A model generated the notes under the pieces. The model made no database searches, had not been told where the DNA came from, and saw only the letters and a program-made list of their open reading frames with translations. The position numbers and the translations under genes are program-made. Positions 1 through 12,425 of a stretch of DNA of 38,719 nucleotides are shown here, one piece after another (the stretch's first letter is position 1; each line of letters opens with the position of its first letter). This DNA comes from Octopus bimaculoides (lineage: Eukaryota), in assembly GCF_001194135.2 (NCBI RefSeq), contig NC_069000.1, positions 26,614,539 through 26,653,257 on the forward strand, read 5' to 3'.

Positions 1-396
1 ATCATGAAGAAAAAAAATGCTTTCTAATTGATGTATCAATACCAGCAGATGACAACGTTTCTCTAAAAGAAATGGAAAAACTTTCAAAATACAAAGACCT
101 GGAAATAGAGATAACTCGAATGTGGAATCTAAAAACAGAAACAATTCCTATCATAGTAGGTGCCTTAGGTATAATAAAAAAATATTCAGACAAATACATA
201 ACAAAAACACCAGGACTTACAAATATATATAACATACAGAAAATTGCACTACTGGGTACTGCACACGTTCTACGCAAAACACTTTCAATACAGTAAACAT
301 AAGAGCACCACAGCAAAACACAGCACATACCCAAGGCGCACAGAGCTGCGCTCGGTAGTGAAGTGAAAGCACGTTAAAAAAATAAGACTACTGAAC
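1..396 (+). mobile_element. 3' end of R4/Dong-like RLE-type non-LTR retrotransposon (copy E1), cut by window edge
   Basis: Frame reads ..KCFLIDVSIPADDNVSLKEMEKLSKYKDLEIEITRMW..IPIIVGALG..IQKIALLGTAHVLRKTL* (stop 294-296), the C-terminal restriction-like endonuclease region of RLE LINEs. About 100-nt 3' UTR, then (AAT)7. Confidence 0.85.
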
Positions 397-417
397 AATA
401 ATAATAATAATAATAAT
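397..417 (+). repeat. (AAT)7 microsatellite between LINE copies E1 and E2
   Basis: Read directly from sequence. Confidence 0.95.
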
Positions 418-419
418 AA

Positions 420-3278
420 CAAGGAGAACGATAGTGACATTATTTGCAACCTTAAAAAGGTTGATTGATGGAAATTGAACCAAGAAACAAAAAATGTCAA
501 TGAAATTCTGAAATATATCAGAAGAAACAACATCACAGAAACGAATAATCTGATCAAGGCAGCAAGTATTGTTGTAGCAGAAGACATGGGTGTTGATGTC
601 AAGAAAAAGAAACATAATGGGAGTGACAAAAGAAAAGATCCATGGTGGAAAAGAAGAATCCAGGCAGGGTTAGACATGCTCTCAAAGGAAATCTCTATGT
701 TAGACCAAAAAGAGAAAGGGGAGCTTAAAAGCGAACAAAAATACAGGACACTGAAAAGGAAGTATAATATTGAAAGAAAGAGCCTGAAAGTAGTAATGGA
801 GGAACTGAAACAGCGCCTCATTGCAAAGATGGTAAGATACGACCAAAGAATGGTTACCACCAGAATTGGTTATTCAGAGTAGATCAGAAGAGATTCTATA
901 AAGAAATAAATGGAGAGTGTACAGATGAAAAGTTGACACCAGATAACATTGAAAGTCAAAGGTTTTGGAGTGACATCTGGAGCAAAGACAAGGAGCACAA
1001 GAAGGATGCTGAAAGGTTGCAAGAACTGAAACAAACAGTAGTCTGTCCAAAACAAGCAGAACTGGTCATTTCGGTTAGAGGAGTGAAGGAAATCAGTAAA
1101 AAAATGAGCAACTGGAAGGCTCCGGGACCAGATGGAGTTCAAAAGATTTGGTGAATGTCATGCACGAATAGCAGCGCAATTCAACACCTTGTTAAATGCC
1201 GACCAAGTAACACCAGAGTGGTTGACATTGGGTAGGACAGTGCTGTGCCAGAAAGACATAAAAAAAGGCAATACGGTAGACAATTACAGGCCAATATCCT
1301 GTTTGCCACTTATATGGAAGTTATTGACTGGAATACTTGCAGAGTCAATGTACAAACATCTGGAAAAAAATGGAGTCCTGCCACATGAGCAGAAGGGTTG
1401 CAAACATAAGTGCAGAGGTACCAAGGATCAACTCCTGATAGACAAAACTGTACTTAGAGACTGCAAGAGGAGGAAAAGTAACTTAGCCATGTCATGGATC
1501 GACTATCATAAGGCGTACGATATGATCCCACATTCTTGGATTATGGAGTGTATGAACCTATTTGGTATTGCATCGAATGTTGAGCGATTGCTTGTAAAAA
1601 GTATGGCGAATTGGATGATGGAATTGACAGCATATGGAAGAAGTTTAAGGACAGTAAAAATTAAGAGGGGCATCTTCCAAGGGGACTGTGTGTTCCCACT
1701 GATCTTTGTACTGTGCTTGACACCACTAACACTGATTCTGAGAAAAGCAAAAGTTGGGTATGTATTCAAAATCCGCCAGCAAAACGTCAACCATTTGTTA
1801 TTCATAGATGACCTCAAACTTTATGGTAAAGATGAAGCCCAAGTCAGTTCCCTCGTTGATACGGTGTATACCTTCAGTGCTGATATCAGAATGGAGTTTG
1901 GACTGAGAAAGTGTCGTGTGTTAATCTTGAAGAGAGGTAAAAATCAAATGTATGGATGGGCTAATGATACCGTTGGGGGAGGTTATGAATCGGATAGAAG
2001 AGATGAGCTATAAGTACTTGGGGACTTTGGAAATGGATAAATTGATGGAGAAAGAAATGACAAAAAAATTTAAGGTGGAGTACTTGCGCAGACAGAGTCT
2101 GATCCTTAAGTCGAAATTAAACGGAAGGAATAAGATCAAAGCTATCAACACCTTAGATACGGAGCAGGGGTAATCACATGGACAGTAGACGAACTAAACA
2201 GCTTAGACGGAAAGACAAGAAAGTTACTAACTAGATATGGGTCACTTTACCCAAAAAGTGACACAGACAGACTGTATGTACCAAGAAAAAAAGGGGGAAG
2301 AGGACTTATTGGATTAGAGCAGAAGAAAACAACATAGCATGGTATGTAAAAAATGCCACAGAACCGCTATTATTAGAAGTAAGAAGGTCAGGCTTGTGTA
2401 GGATAAAAGATTGCAAAGATAAAGCACTATACAAGAAATTGAAAATGAATGAAGCTGAAAATAGGTGGGTAAAGAAAAGAATGCATGGTCAATTTCATAG
2501 GGATATTGAAGATAAGACAGAAGAGTAAAAAGATGGCTGTGGATGACTAAAAGTGATTTAAAACCGGAAACGGAGGCTCTAATCTGTGCTGCCCAAGAGC
2601 AAGCACTAAGAACAAACTACATAAAATACAGAATAGACAACACAGCAGAAAGTGATAAATGCAGAATCCGTGGACAAAATGGTGAAACCATGTGGCATAT
2701 TACCAGCCAATGTACGCCACTAACCCAAAAGGAATATGAGACGCCACAACAATATAGCCAGGACACTTTGCAACAAGTATGGATTTGACAGAGCAAAAAA
2801 TTGGTATGACCACAAACCTGAAGGCATCCTCGAAAATAGAAATGCAAAGATCCTATGGGATTTTATGATTCAGTGCGACCATAAGATAGATAATAGGAAG
2901 CCAGACATAGTCTTAATTGAGAAAGAAAATAAACTATGCTGGATCATAGACATAGCATGTCCAGCTGACAACAAGAAAGAAAGAAAAGTCGAGAGATATG
3001 ACAGGTTAACTTGGAAAGTTAAGCAGTTGTGGTCGATGAAAAAGGTAGCGGTAGTACCAATAATTGTTGGAGCCCTGGGAACAGTGAGTAAAAATCTTGA
3101 GAAGTACGTGGAACAAATAGGGGCTGCAATAAGGGTGGAGCACTTGCAGAAAACAGCACTGCTTGGAACTGCTCAAATACTCTGGAAGGTGCTCGAAAAA
3201 TAAGAGGTGTTACCTTTGTTAACTGGTAGTGAACAACTGACACTAGTACATCTCCAGCGTTAGAAGCTGTGCAAAGGC
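420..3278 (+). mobile_element. 5'-truncated, frameshifted R4/Dong-like RLE LINE (copy E2)
   Basis: ORF pieces 475-882, 933-1154, 1132-2013, 1952-2173, 2543-2788, 2736-3203 give RT motifs ([36 protein letters not shown]), a degenerate CCHC knuckle (KCRIRGQNGETMWHITSQC) and RLE motifs (KPDIVL..IIDIACP, KVERY). Starts right after (AAT)7 and ends in an AAT-rich tail. Confidence 0.9.
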
Positions 3279-4357
3279 AATGATAATAATAATAATGATG
3301 AGGATGAGGAGGAGAAGAAGAAGAAGAATGTCAGCCTTGACAGGGGCTGGATGTGTTCTTTGCTGCTCTGACCTGTCAACAGCTGAAGAAGATACTAAAA
3401 CATTAATACAACCAAGTGGGACAACTGAAAAATAACTCTCAAAGACTGGAATATCTACAATTTCCTGGGAGTATTTTAAATTTCCCTCAAAATAAGGTAA
3501 GAGACTTACATATCTACACTTTTCGAACACACAAACGATCAGCTTTAAAAACTTTAATATCTACAACTGCTGTGAATACCTTTCTTTTCCTTTCTCCCTG
3601 AGTATTCGGAAATGTAAACATTCTTTTTATTCTAAGAACACTACAATTTTCTCTGTTCAGAAATGCAAAAGATCATCTTTAGTGTATTTTAAAACTTTAA
3701 TATCTATAATTTTCTGTAAGAATTTTAACTTTCTTTTCTCCCTGACTACTCGAATATGTAAACATACATTTTATTGCAACAACACAATTAAATGCATGAT
3801 AAAAAATTAAGGGGTAACCACCTGCCAATACATACAAACTGCACAATTACAAAAACTGTGCACCACAGCAAAACTTATAAAAGGAAAAGAAAAATTTTTA
3901 AAGTTAAAAAAACAATTCAGAAATTCAAAAATTCAATGATATGAATGTCAGTATATATATATATTTATATATATAGTTATTTTTTTTATCAGTAATTAAA
4001 AATAGTATAAGGTGAATTGGTTCCTTTCAAGGCCAAGGTCAGGGCTCTCATTGATTGCTAGTAGTAGTAAACACATTTGACCTCTACTCACCCCAAGGCT
4101 TCTTCTGTCTCTTAATCACACAGGAATGCAAAAGCCCATTGTTGATCTCCTTTTCACCATCTGCAGAACCTATTTACAGACCTGTGGAATTTGGTCTATT
4201 CACCAAGCTGCTTCTCTTCCTCCTTTTATTCCCTTCAACCCTCACATATTTATGATTATCTCAAGTACAAGACAAAAGTTGAAACTAAACAACATTTAAT
4301 AATACCACTCAGTAGCAGTAGCAAAGACGGCAGATTTAAATAGATAACAGCTTTTCT

Positions 4358-4371
4358 GTTGCCATGGCTAC
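4358..4371. promoter_or_regulatory. Candidate RFX X-box GTTGCCATGGCTAC
   Basis: One mismatch to the palindromic X-box GTTGCCATGGCAAC. Motif match only; function not shown. Confidence 0.25.
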
Positions 4372-4549
4372 AATGGTTAGCCACAATGACACAAATCAAG
4401 GCACTATTGGTGGTAACTAATGATGAGCAATGCTGTAAAAGCAAAGTTAAAGTAACTGTAATGGTATTAATGTCAACATTAGTTGCAGAGACAACAACCA
4501 TCTCCACATCTGCCATAATACAGGGTTCAATACTAATAATTTTAATGTA

Positions 4550-7500
4550 GCACAAATATGTCTAATGAAGCAAAAAGGAAAACTAAATCAGTATACCAAA
4601 TCGCTTGTCCTATGGTTAACCTGGAAGCACATCCCCCAGGAGAGAGCCAGCCTGGGATCGAAAAGTCATCCACTGGCACAAACTCTTCTCTGAATATAAA
4701 CCTGGATGGTCACTTGAACAGGAACTGCCCCAACTCGAGCCCACCAAATCTACCACCACACCCACCACAGAAAGAAAAATGCAAGAGGATCAAATGGACC
4801 TGAGAAGTGTATACAGAAGTAATATATTCCTAATACTATGCATTAGGCAGGCCATCTGAAGAGAAACACACCACACACTCTTATCAAATATGGAGAACAC
4901 GAAATCAAGATATATTTGGATGAAAACAAGTTAGCAAATGTTAGGAAAGATATCTTAAGAAATAGACGACTCACAGATAGTGAAAAAATTGCGATCAAGC
5001 GCACAGTGGAAAATGACCTAAATATAAGACAGCAAGGAAATGAAGAACTAGATGAAGAGAACAACTCTCCACAAGTCACAATTGACAGACTACCATCTGA
5101 CCAGAACACGCAAACATCTGGAGAAATAAATTGTAATGAACCTGATAAAGATAGTGAGGAAAGTGATAAACAAACAATATTTGAAGACTACACATTTACT
5201 GAAAAACATTTACTGAAAAATTATGATAGAACTGAAGCAGAAAATCATGAATAAGCTTGCATTTGATAGACATACCAATATGTATGATAGAGAACCATTT
5301 CATAAGCTCTGAAATACAATCCAAAATAGAAAACAAATTAAAATTGGAAACTATGTAACAAAGGAAATTATATAAGAACTAAAACCAGATCTCACTGAAT
5401 TAAATGAAATTATTTATGCAGTTGCTAAGACAATTGAAACCAATTGTATGCCTCTGAAAAAACAAAGAAATACAAACTGAGAAGAATTCCAAACTGGTAA
5501 AGTAAAATTGAAAAAGAGATTAAAATAATGAGAGGTGAAATATCAATATTGAATGAACTAGTCTGTGGAAACAATGTTAAACCCAGAAAAGGAAGAAAGA
5601 TGAAGAGAAAACGTAGATTCTCACCAAGAGAACTGCTTTCAGCAAAAGAAACACTACATCATAATGTCCAAGCAAAATCTCAAAGAATATAAAGATTTGA
5701 GAAGAGAAACAAATTTTACAAGCAAAATAAGCTGTTCACATCCAATGCGAAAGCATTCTACAGAGAAATATGGAAGGAGAAAATAACCGTTGAAGACCCT
5801 ACTGCCATGGAAGAAGTTGAAAACTTCTGGAAAAATATCTGGAGTAATGAAAAGACTTACTATGAAAATGTAGACTGGATTAGATGCATAGAAGGATCCT
5901 ACCAAAACTTACCAGAACACGAGTGGGTAGACATCACAATAGCACACCTAAGGATGACACTCACAAAGGCTCATAAGTGGAAATTTCCTAGTAATGACAG
6001 AGTGCCAAATTTCTGGTTAACTTTGCTCCCGTGGTCACATGAATAGTTAGTCCAGTTATTCAAAGAAATTATGATTGGTTAGCAAGCGGAATTACTTACC
6101 TACTCCTGAAGAATAATGAAATCAAATTTCCCCCAAACTATTAACCCATAACATGTCTGTCTATCATGTATAAAATTTTAACGTCCATCCTTGTGGAGAA
6201 AACATACAAATTTATGGAACAGAATGATATTTTCCCCACTGAAACAAAAAGGGTGCCAATGAGACTCATATGGATACAAAAACCAACTCTTAATCAATGG
6301 CATGATCCTTTAGAACTGTTGTAACAAATGCAGAAATCTCAGTTCTACATGGATTGATTATAAAAAGGCCTTCAATGGCATACTGCATTCATGGATCCTG
6401 AATTTGCTGGATATCTTCAAAATTTCACATGTGATTTCAAACTTCCTGAAGCACAACACGTCAATGTGGAATATGAATCTCCAATTATACCATTCTAGTG
6501 GAGTACTGACCAGAAAAAAATATTAACATCAACTGCAGCATTATCCAAGGTGACTCACTTTCACCTTTGATTTTCTGCATAGCCCTAATACCCCTTACAA
6601 GTGAACTTAACAGAACAGGGTATGGGATATAAAATTGGTGACAAAATAATAAGTCATTTTTATATGGATGACTTAAAACTCTACGGCAAAGACGTTAATG
6701 AGCTTGAAGAACTACTACATACTGTGAAAACATTCAGTGATGACATTGGGATGGAATTTGGTCTTGATAAATATGCCAAGGCCACTTTCCAGAAAGTCAC
6801 ATTCAGTGGTGGTAGATGTTGACATAGTCATAAAAGAACTCAAGCAGGAACAAATTTACAAATACCTCGAAATAAATGAGGGCTCTAGCATTCAACATGC
6901 AAGTATGAAAGAGAAGATCAGGAAAGAGTGTTACAGGAGAGTTCAAGCAGTCCTAAAATCTGAGTTAAATGCATGTAACAAGGTGTTAACTATGAATTCC
7001 TTAGCAGTTCCAGTTGATGTTTACATTTTTAATGTGTTGAACTGGAATATGAGTGAAATAAGGAAGATTGGCAGGAAAATCTGTAAGCTGCTAACTTACA
7101 ATAAGATGCACCACCCTAAGGCAGATGCAAATCGTTTTTACCTACCCAGAGATGAAGGAGGTCAAGGCTTGATCCAATTTGAAATCTCCTACAAAACCAC
7201 CACAATTGGACTGGCAAAATATCTTGAAACGTCTAACGACTGGATGCTAAAGCTCATTGGAAACCATGAAAGATGTAAGAAGTTTCATTCTGTTATGAAG
7301 GAGAGCAAAAAGATTTTCGAGTGAGTTTATGCATAATACCCAGTTTGAACAGCATGAGGTAAGTGCAGTAACTGTAGTTGCAGAGAAGGTGAAATGAAGA
7401 GAACAAAATGCACTTGAACAATTGGCTGATAGGTGAGAACAAAAACCTCTGCATGGAAAATATGTGGTCCGTAGCAAACAAGCTGGTGTAGATCAGAAGC

Positions 7501-8409
7501 ACACCCATCAGTGTCAATGGAGCTCAGGGCTAAAGGCAGAGAGTGAAGGCTTTATTTTGGCTGCCCAAGATCAGAGCTTATTAACCCAGAACTATCAAGC
7601 CAATGTGATGAAAACTGGTGTAGACCCAAAGTGCTGATACTGCAATAATGGGATAGAAACAGTGGACCACCTAATCTCTGGATGTAAGGTTTTAGCACTT
7701 GTAGTAGAGTACAAATAAAGACATGACAGAGTTGGCCATTATCTACATTGGATAATGTGTCAGCATAATAAAATCAAAACTGCTGACAAATGGTACAAGC
7801 ACTACCCTGAGATGTAACTGAGGGAGAAAATGTAACAATTCATTGAGACTTCCCAGTTGGTACAGATTGGATCATCAAAGTAAATAAACCAGATACTGTT
7901 GTGAATGACCAAAACAATTAAGTTTGTTTATGGATTGACATGGGCATACCTTGTGACCATAATATCTCAGCAAAAGAATTTGATAAGCTCAGAAAATATA
8001 AAGATTTGTTAATCGAAATCAAAAAGATGTGGCATCTCAAGATGGTTACAATACCAGTGATTGCAGGAGCACTTGGAATGATCAAAAAAGGAACTAAAAA
8101 TTATTTAAGAATGATCCCTGACTTACCATCTATGCAGGAAGTGCAAAAGATTGTCTTAACTGGCATGTCACACATATTGAGAAGAGCATTGTCCCTGTGA
8201 ATTTTCTTTCCTTTTTTCCCCTTTGTTTTATTTGTTGACTTTTCTATTTTTATTTGTCCCTTTTTCTCTGTCACATGACTCTGTAAATGAACAATCTGGT
8301 GTGCTTGTTTTAATGGCCTACCAATGTATGAAGTATGTTTCTGTTCTCTAGGTCTCAGGAAGATACTCGGCAAGAAATGGAAACAGAACTGAAAGAAGAT
8401 GCTAATGAA
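4550..8409 (+). mobile_element. Near full-length, decayed R4/Dong-like RLE LINE (copy E3); 5' boundary approximate
   Basis: N-terminal KRIKWT..YY..IWR..DENKLANVRKDI motif (4558-5254), RT pieces (IDYKKAF, QGDSLSP, HFYMDDLKLY at 6601-6822), SWKAESEGFILAAQDQ-like and CxxC..H...C knuckle region near 7520-7690, RLE (KPD..IDMGIP, KLRKYKDL), stop at 8198-8200, 3' UTR, then (AAT)20. Many stops and frameshifts. Confidence 0.88.

Positions 8410-8469
<60 letters not shown>
8410..8469 (+). repeat. (AAT)20 microsatellite
   Basis: Read directly; lies between the E3 3' end and the 3' end of the minus-strand Tx1 element. Confidence 0.95.
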
Positions 8470-8470
<1 letters not shown>

Positions 8471-10506
8471 TTTTCTTTATTAATGACTAAAATTTTACAA
8501 GAAGATCGATAAATGATACTGACTGATACAATATAATACAATACAATGTAGGGTTACATAAAAATGAGTAAGCAGTAAAACAATAAAAATGACAAAAATA
8601 AAAAAGACAAAAAATTCAAACAAGGAATAATTTCTCAGAAGTGAGGTGGGAGGTGCCTCTGAGGGCTGCTCATGGAAACCCCTCAAAACCAGGGTCACTC
8701 TCACCACTAGGATAAATTCCTTCTTTGCATCCACCTCCTTCAGTCTACAGGTATGTGCTCAGAGTAAGCCTGTTCACTCTGACCATCCTTGCTACTCTCA
8801 TCCACCTTTTAACAAATCTCCACCTTCACTTTCCATTTCAATTTAAACTTGAAAAATTTGATGAAGGCCCGACTAGAGAGCAAGGTGTCTGTCTTCAACC
8901 CTTTCAGTCTGGCTGACCACACAATGTCTTTTGCTAAGGCCATCAGACAGATAAATACTGCTTGTCCTTCTTGATCAAAGGAAGGCAGTGCGACAATCTT
9001 CACAATAGACTCAACTGATAGCTGAATCTGCCAGTTGATTCTCATCAATTCCTAGTGTCTCTCCAAGAATGCCATCATACCAATCCTCAATTGAATGCTG
9101 AAATGAAACTTGCACTGACCACAATGCCTAACTGGCAGAGGGTTGTGAATGCCTTATGACACTGTAGATGCCAGGCATTCTGCCTCAGTCTACGTTTGAT
9201 CCAGGACTGTAGCTCAATTCATCAGACAAGCTGCAGAAAAGTAAGTCAGATGACCTGTGGCTACAACCACTCACTGTCAAAGAATTGCTAGAAATGTTGA
9301 AGCTTCATCAGTCACAGCCATACCCAGTCTGCTACTTAGCAGATGTTGACAACAAATGGAGCACCTGACCAGTGAAATGCATCCCTTTCACAAAACTCTT
9401 AAGAGCAAGTGTTGCAGTCTGATGAGCTGTAAACTGGGGCAGCACAACAACTAGGCAGTGATATATGATAGAGGCAATGTAAAAGTTAAATATCTCTGCC
9501 TGATCTTTCAGGGATAGCTTTCTCTCAGCCCATTTCTAGATGAGACTGGTCACCCTACTCATCACCTCATCCCAGTCCTTCTTTCCTTGGAGATCTGCAC
9601 TGAACCAGAGCCCAAGCAATTTAACCGCTCTGTCCATCCAGTATCCCATGATACTGTTAGACAGCATGGAACTCCTTCACTAGGTACTGAATTGCAGGCC
9701 TATTGACTTTTCTTAGATGATTTTTGCTTCTGTCATTACTTCTTAGTTCATTAGAACAGTGCTGATTACCTCAATGTGCTTAGTGTCTGATACTATCACA
9801 GTAATGTCGTCTACATATGTTGACACAGTTCTTCCGTATCTTAGTTCAATCAAGATGCCCCTCAACATCTTCAGTTTCCATAAAGTGGCTCAAGTATCAG
9901 TATATACTGAAGTGATGAGAGAGGACAGCCTTGACAGACTGAGTGCATGATACTGAGTGGTTTTGATAGGTGATCACTCACCCTAATGGTGTTACTGTAT
10001 GTTGCAGCTATCCAACTGCAAAAGACTGAAATTGGCTGCTATGAGCACAGCCACTATGTATTAGTAGTCACATTTATTGTAAACTTTAAATTAATTTAAA
10101 TTGATCAGGGTCCCCACACATACCAGCTTCTTTACCCACCCTCTCTATGATATAGCACATGTGGTAGAGGTTGTCTTGCATACATCTGTTCAGAATGATA
10201 CATGCTTGTGCATCACTAATCAGTCTATCAACAACAAGTACCAACCTCTTTGCTATTGCTTTAGTCAGTTTCTGAAATCTCTGTTTAACAGAGCTATGAA
10301 TAAGAAATTATCAATGCGATCCTTCTTATTTGGATCTGTTCTCAATAGTTCTAACAACCCTGGACTCAAACTAGGGTTTCTCTCATTCTGTTGCCAGTTG
10401 AGGTAAATAACTGCTGAAACTCAGAGGGCAGACCATCAAAACCAAGCAATATCCACCTCTGTACAACCAACCATCATTTCCCATGTTCCCACAGCTGGTA
10501 TAGACT
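8470..10506 (-). mobile_element. Tx1/L1-clade LINE, RT-to-3' portion (decayed)
   Basis: Minus-strand translation gives GFDGLPSEF, KDRIDNFLFIALLN, YVDDITVIVSD..EAKI.EKSIGL and the C-terminal VFICLMALAKDIVWSARLKG..FIKFFKFKLK. AATAAA at 8481-8476 precedes the tail. Confidence 0.8.
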
Positions 10507-10989
10507 GGACAGTCAATTCGTTGATGGCACTTTGTTGTCATTTAATTTATCCCCAGTAAATTTGTCATTGGTTAATTCGTCCCCAGGTCAATTTGTCGTC
10601 AGTTAATTCATCACTGTATTACATATTTATTTTTTCTTAAAATTTAAGATAATGTGCAATTACTTTTAAAAAAAAAATTTGGGGTTTGGATCATATTTTT
10701 CCATGACATTTTTTATACGTAGGTTCATCTGTGTATTTTTTCTTTTGGTTTGGTTCTTCTCCTTGCATAAACTTCTGCAATTTGGTACTGGCAAACCTTT
10801 CCTCACATTTAATCACATCAATAAGTTTCCAAATATTTGGATGACTAATATTCACTGTGCTTTACATCACTGTGGTAGGCTTCTAAACTATTTGTAATAC
10901 GAGCAATCCCCATCATACATCAATCCCAAACATTCCATATAGGTAATGGACATGGCAGTTCAAGGTGTCGCCTCCTCTGTCCTCTAGGT

Positions 10990-12425
10990 CAGTGGTTCCC
11001 AACAGTGGTTTCCCACCCTTTTATTTGCAAGAGATTTCCCATGGACCCCTTTTAATATGTTTATCCTTATGTATATATACATATATATGAAATTTTTAAT
11101 TTAGTTCACATACCACCAGTACTATTAGGTTGTTCTGGAAATAATGACTGCTCAAAGTGTTGCGTTTTGAAAAGCAATTTCATCATAGTATTTTAAGTGA
11201 ATTTCGACATACTTAATAATTGATGTATACTCTTAATAATTTTCTACTTATTTCAGACAGAAAACATTCTTGAAGCATAGGCCAATTATGGACATGACAA
11301 AAAAAGACCTTCCCTTACTTTTCTTGCATGAGTTCAAGCTTGGGCACAATGCCTCCCAAACTGCTGCCAATATCAACAGAGCATGGGAAGAGGGGTCCAC
11401 AAATGATCACCCAGTACGAAGGTGGTTTCAGAAGTTCCGTAAGGGTGATGAGAGTCTTGAAGATGAAGAAGGTAGAGGACAGTCATGCAGTCTTGACAAT
11501 GAACAGTTGAAAGCAATTGTTGAACAAACCCTATGTCAAAGTGTCAGAAAAATGTCTCAGGCACTTGGTGTTGGTATTGCAATGGTCTCAGACAATCTGC
11601 AGATGATTGGTAAGGTGAAAAAGCTTGATGAATGGGTACTGCATGAGCTCAATGAAAATCAAAAAGTTCAGCATTTTGAAGTGTGCTCGATGCTCTTTCT
11701 GCAAAACACCAATGATCCTTTTCTTGACCGAATAGTCACTTGTGACAAAAAGTGGATCCTTTATAATAACCATAAACAATCAGGTCAATGGCTTGATCCT
11801 GATGAGTTTCCCAAACATTTCCCAAAACCAAAGTTGCATGAGCAAAAGATGATGGTGACTGTTTCATGGTCTGCAATTGGTGTTGTCCATTACAGCTTTC
11901 TGGAAGCCAATCAGAGCATTACAGCAGAGGTTTACTGCAACCAACTCACTGAAATGCATGCTCACTTGCAAAAAATGAGACCTGCATTGGTGAATTGGCA
12001 TGGCCCAATTCTGCTCCGTGATAATGCAAAGCTACATGTTGCAAGAATAACGCTACAAAAAGTCACAAACTTGGGATATGAGACTACTATATTCTCCTGA
12101 TCTTTCGCTCACTGACTACCACCTTTTTAAACATTTAAACACGTTTTTAAGTGATAAAACTTTCAGGTCCAAACCAGAGGTGGAATCAGCTTTCAAAGAT
12201 TTCTTAGCATCAAAGCCAATAAGTTTTTATCAATGATGCATAAATAATCTTGTTGATTGATAGCAAAGATGTATAGATGTTTAAGCTCATACTTTGACTA
12301 ATCAAAACATATCATTAATTTTTCCAGAATTAAATTATGTTTCTCAAATCAGCTATTATTTTTGGAACAAACTAATACCTTTGCAAACCACTAGGGGTCT
12401 ACGGGCCTCAGGTTAGGAACCACTG
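10990..12425. mobile_element. Non-autonomous hAT (Charlie/Buster-like) MITE, ~185 bp without its mariner insert
   Basis: TIRs CAGTGGTTCCCAAC (10990-11003) and GTTAGGAACCACTG (12412-12425), 13/14 identical. Perfect 8-bp TSD CTCTAGGT at 10982-10989 and 12426-12433. Confidence 0.9.
11125..12375 (+). mobile_element. Full-length mariner (D,D34D type, Hsmar1-like), frameshifted
   Basis: About 28-bp imperfect TIRs, TA at 11123-11124 and 12376-12377. ORF 11270-12100 has the HTH region, IVTCDKKW and LLRDNAKLH; SPDLSLTDYHLF follows in another frame. Confidence 0.92.

Noticed and set aside
285-860. 191-aa minus-strand ORF and similar antisense ORFs over LINEs (e.g. 2-334, 1506-1817, 35978-36406, 38408-38686)
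   Set aside because: Shadow frames of recognisable LINE coding sequence on the opposite strand; no independent motifs.
3383-3410. Hammerhead-like core CTGAAGA-AG-ATA-CT-AAAAC
   Set aside because: The conserved GAAA reads AAAA, and no stem III/GUH cleavage site can be built.
4092-4180. Minus-strand segment ending in a perfect GTGAGT donor
   Set aside because: Weak acceptor and no convincing peptide; such hexamers are expected several times per strand by chance.
8101-8541. ORFs with poly-I, CVCV, HTHT or SLSL runs (also 16665-16922, 18077-18402, 29362-29835, 31063-31402)
   Set aside because: Artefacts of translating stop-free microsatellites.
10507-10615. CRISPR-like appearance of periodic repeats (also the 65-bp RTE units)
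   Set aside because: No unique spacers, no cas genes, eukaryotic context; explained as MULE termini and LINE UTR repeats.
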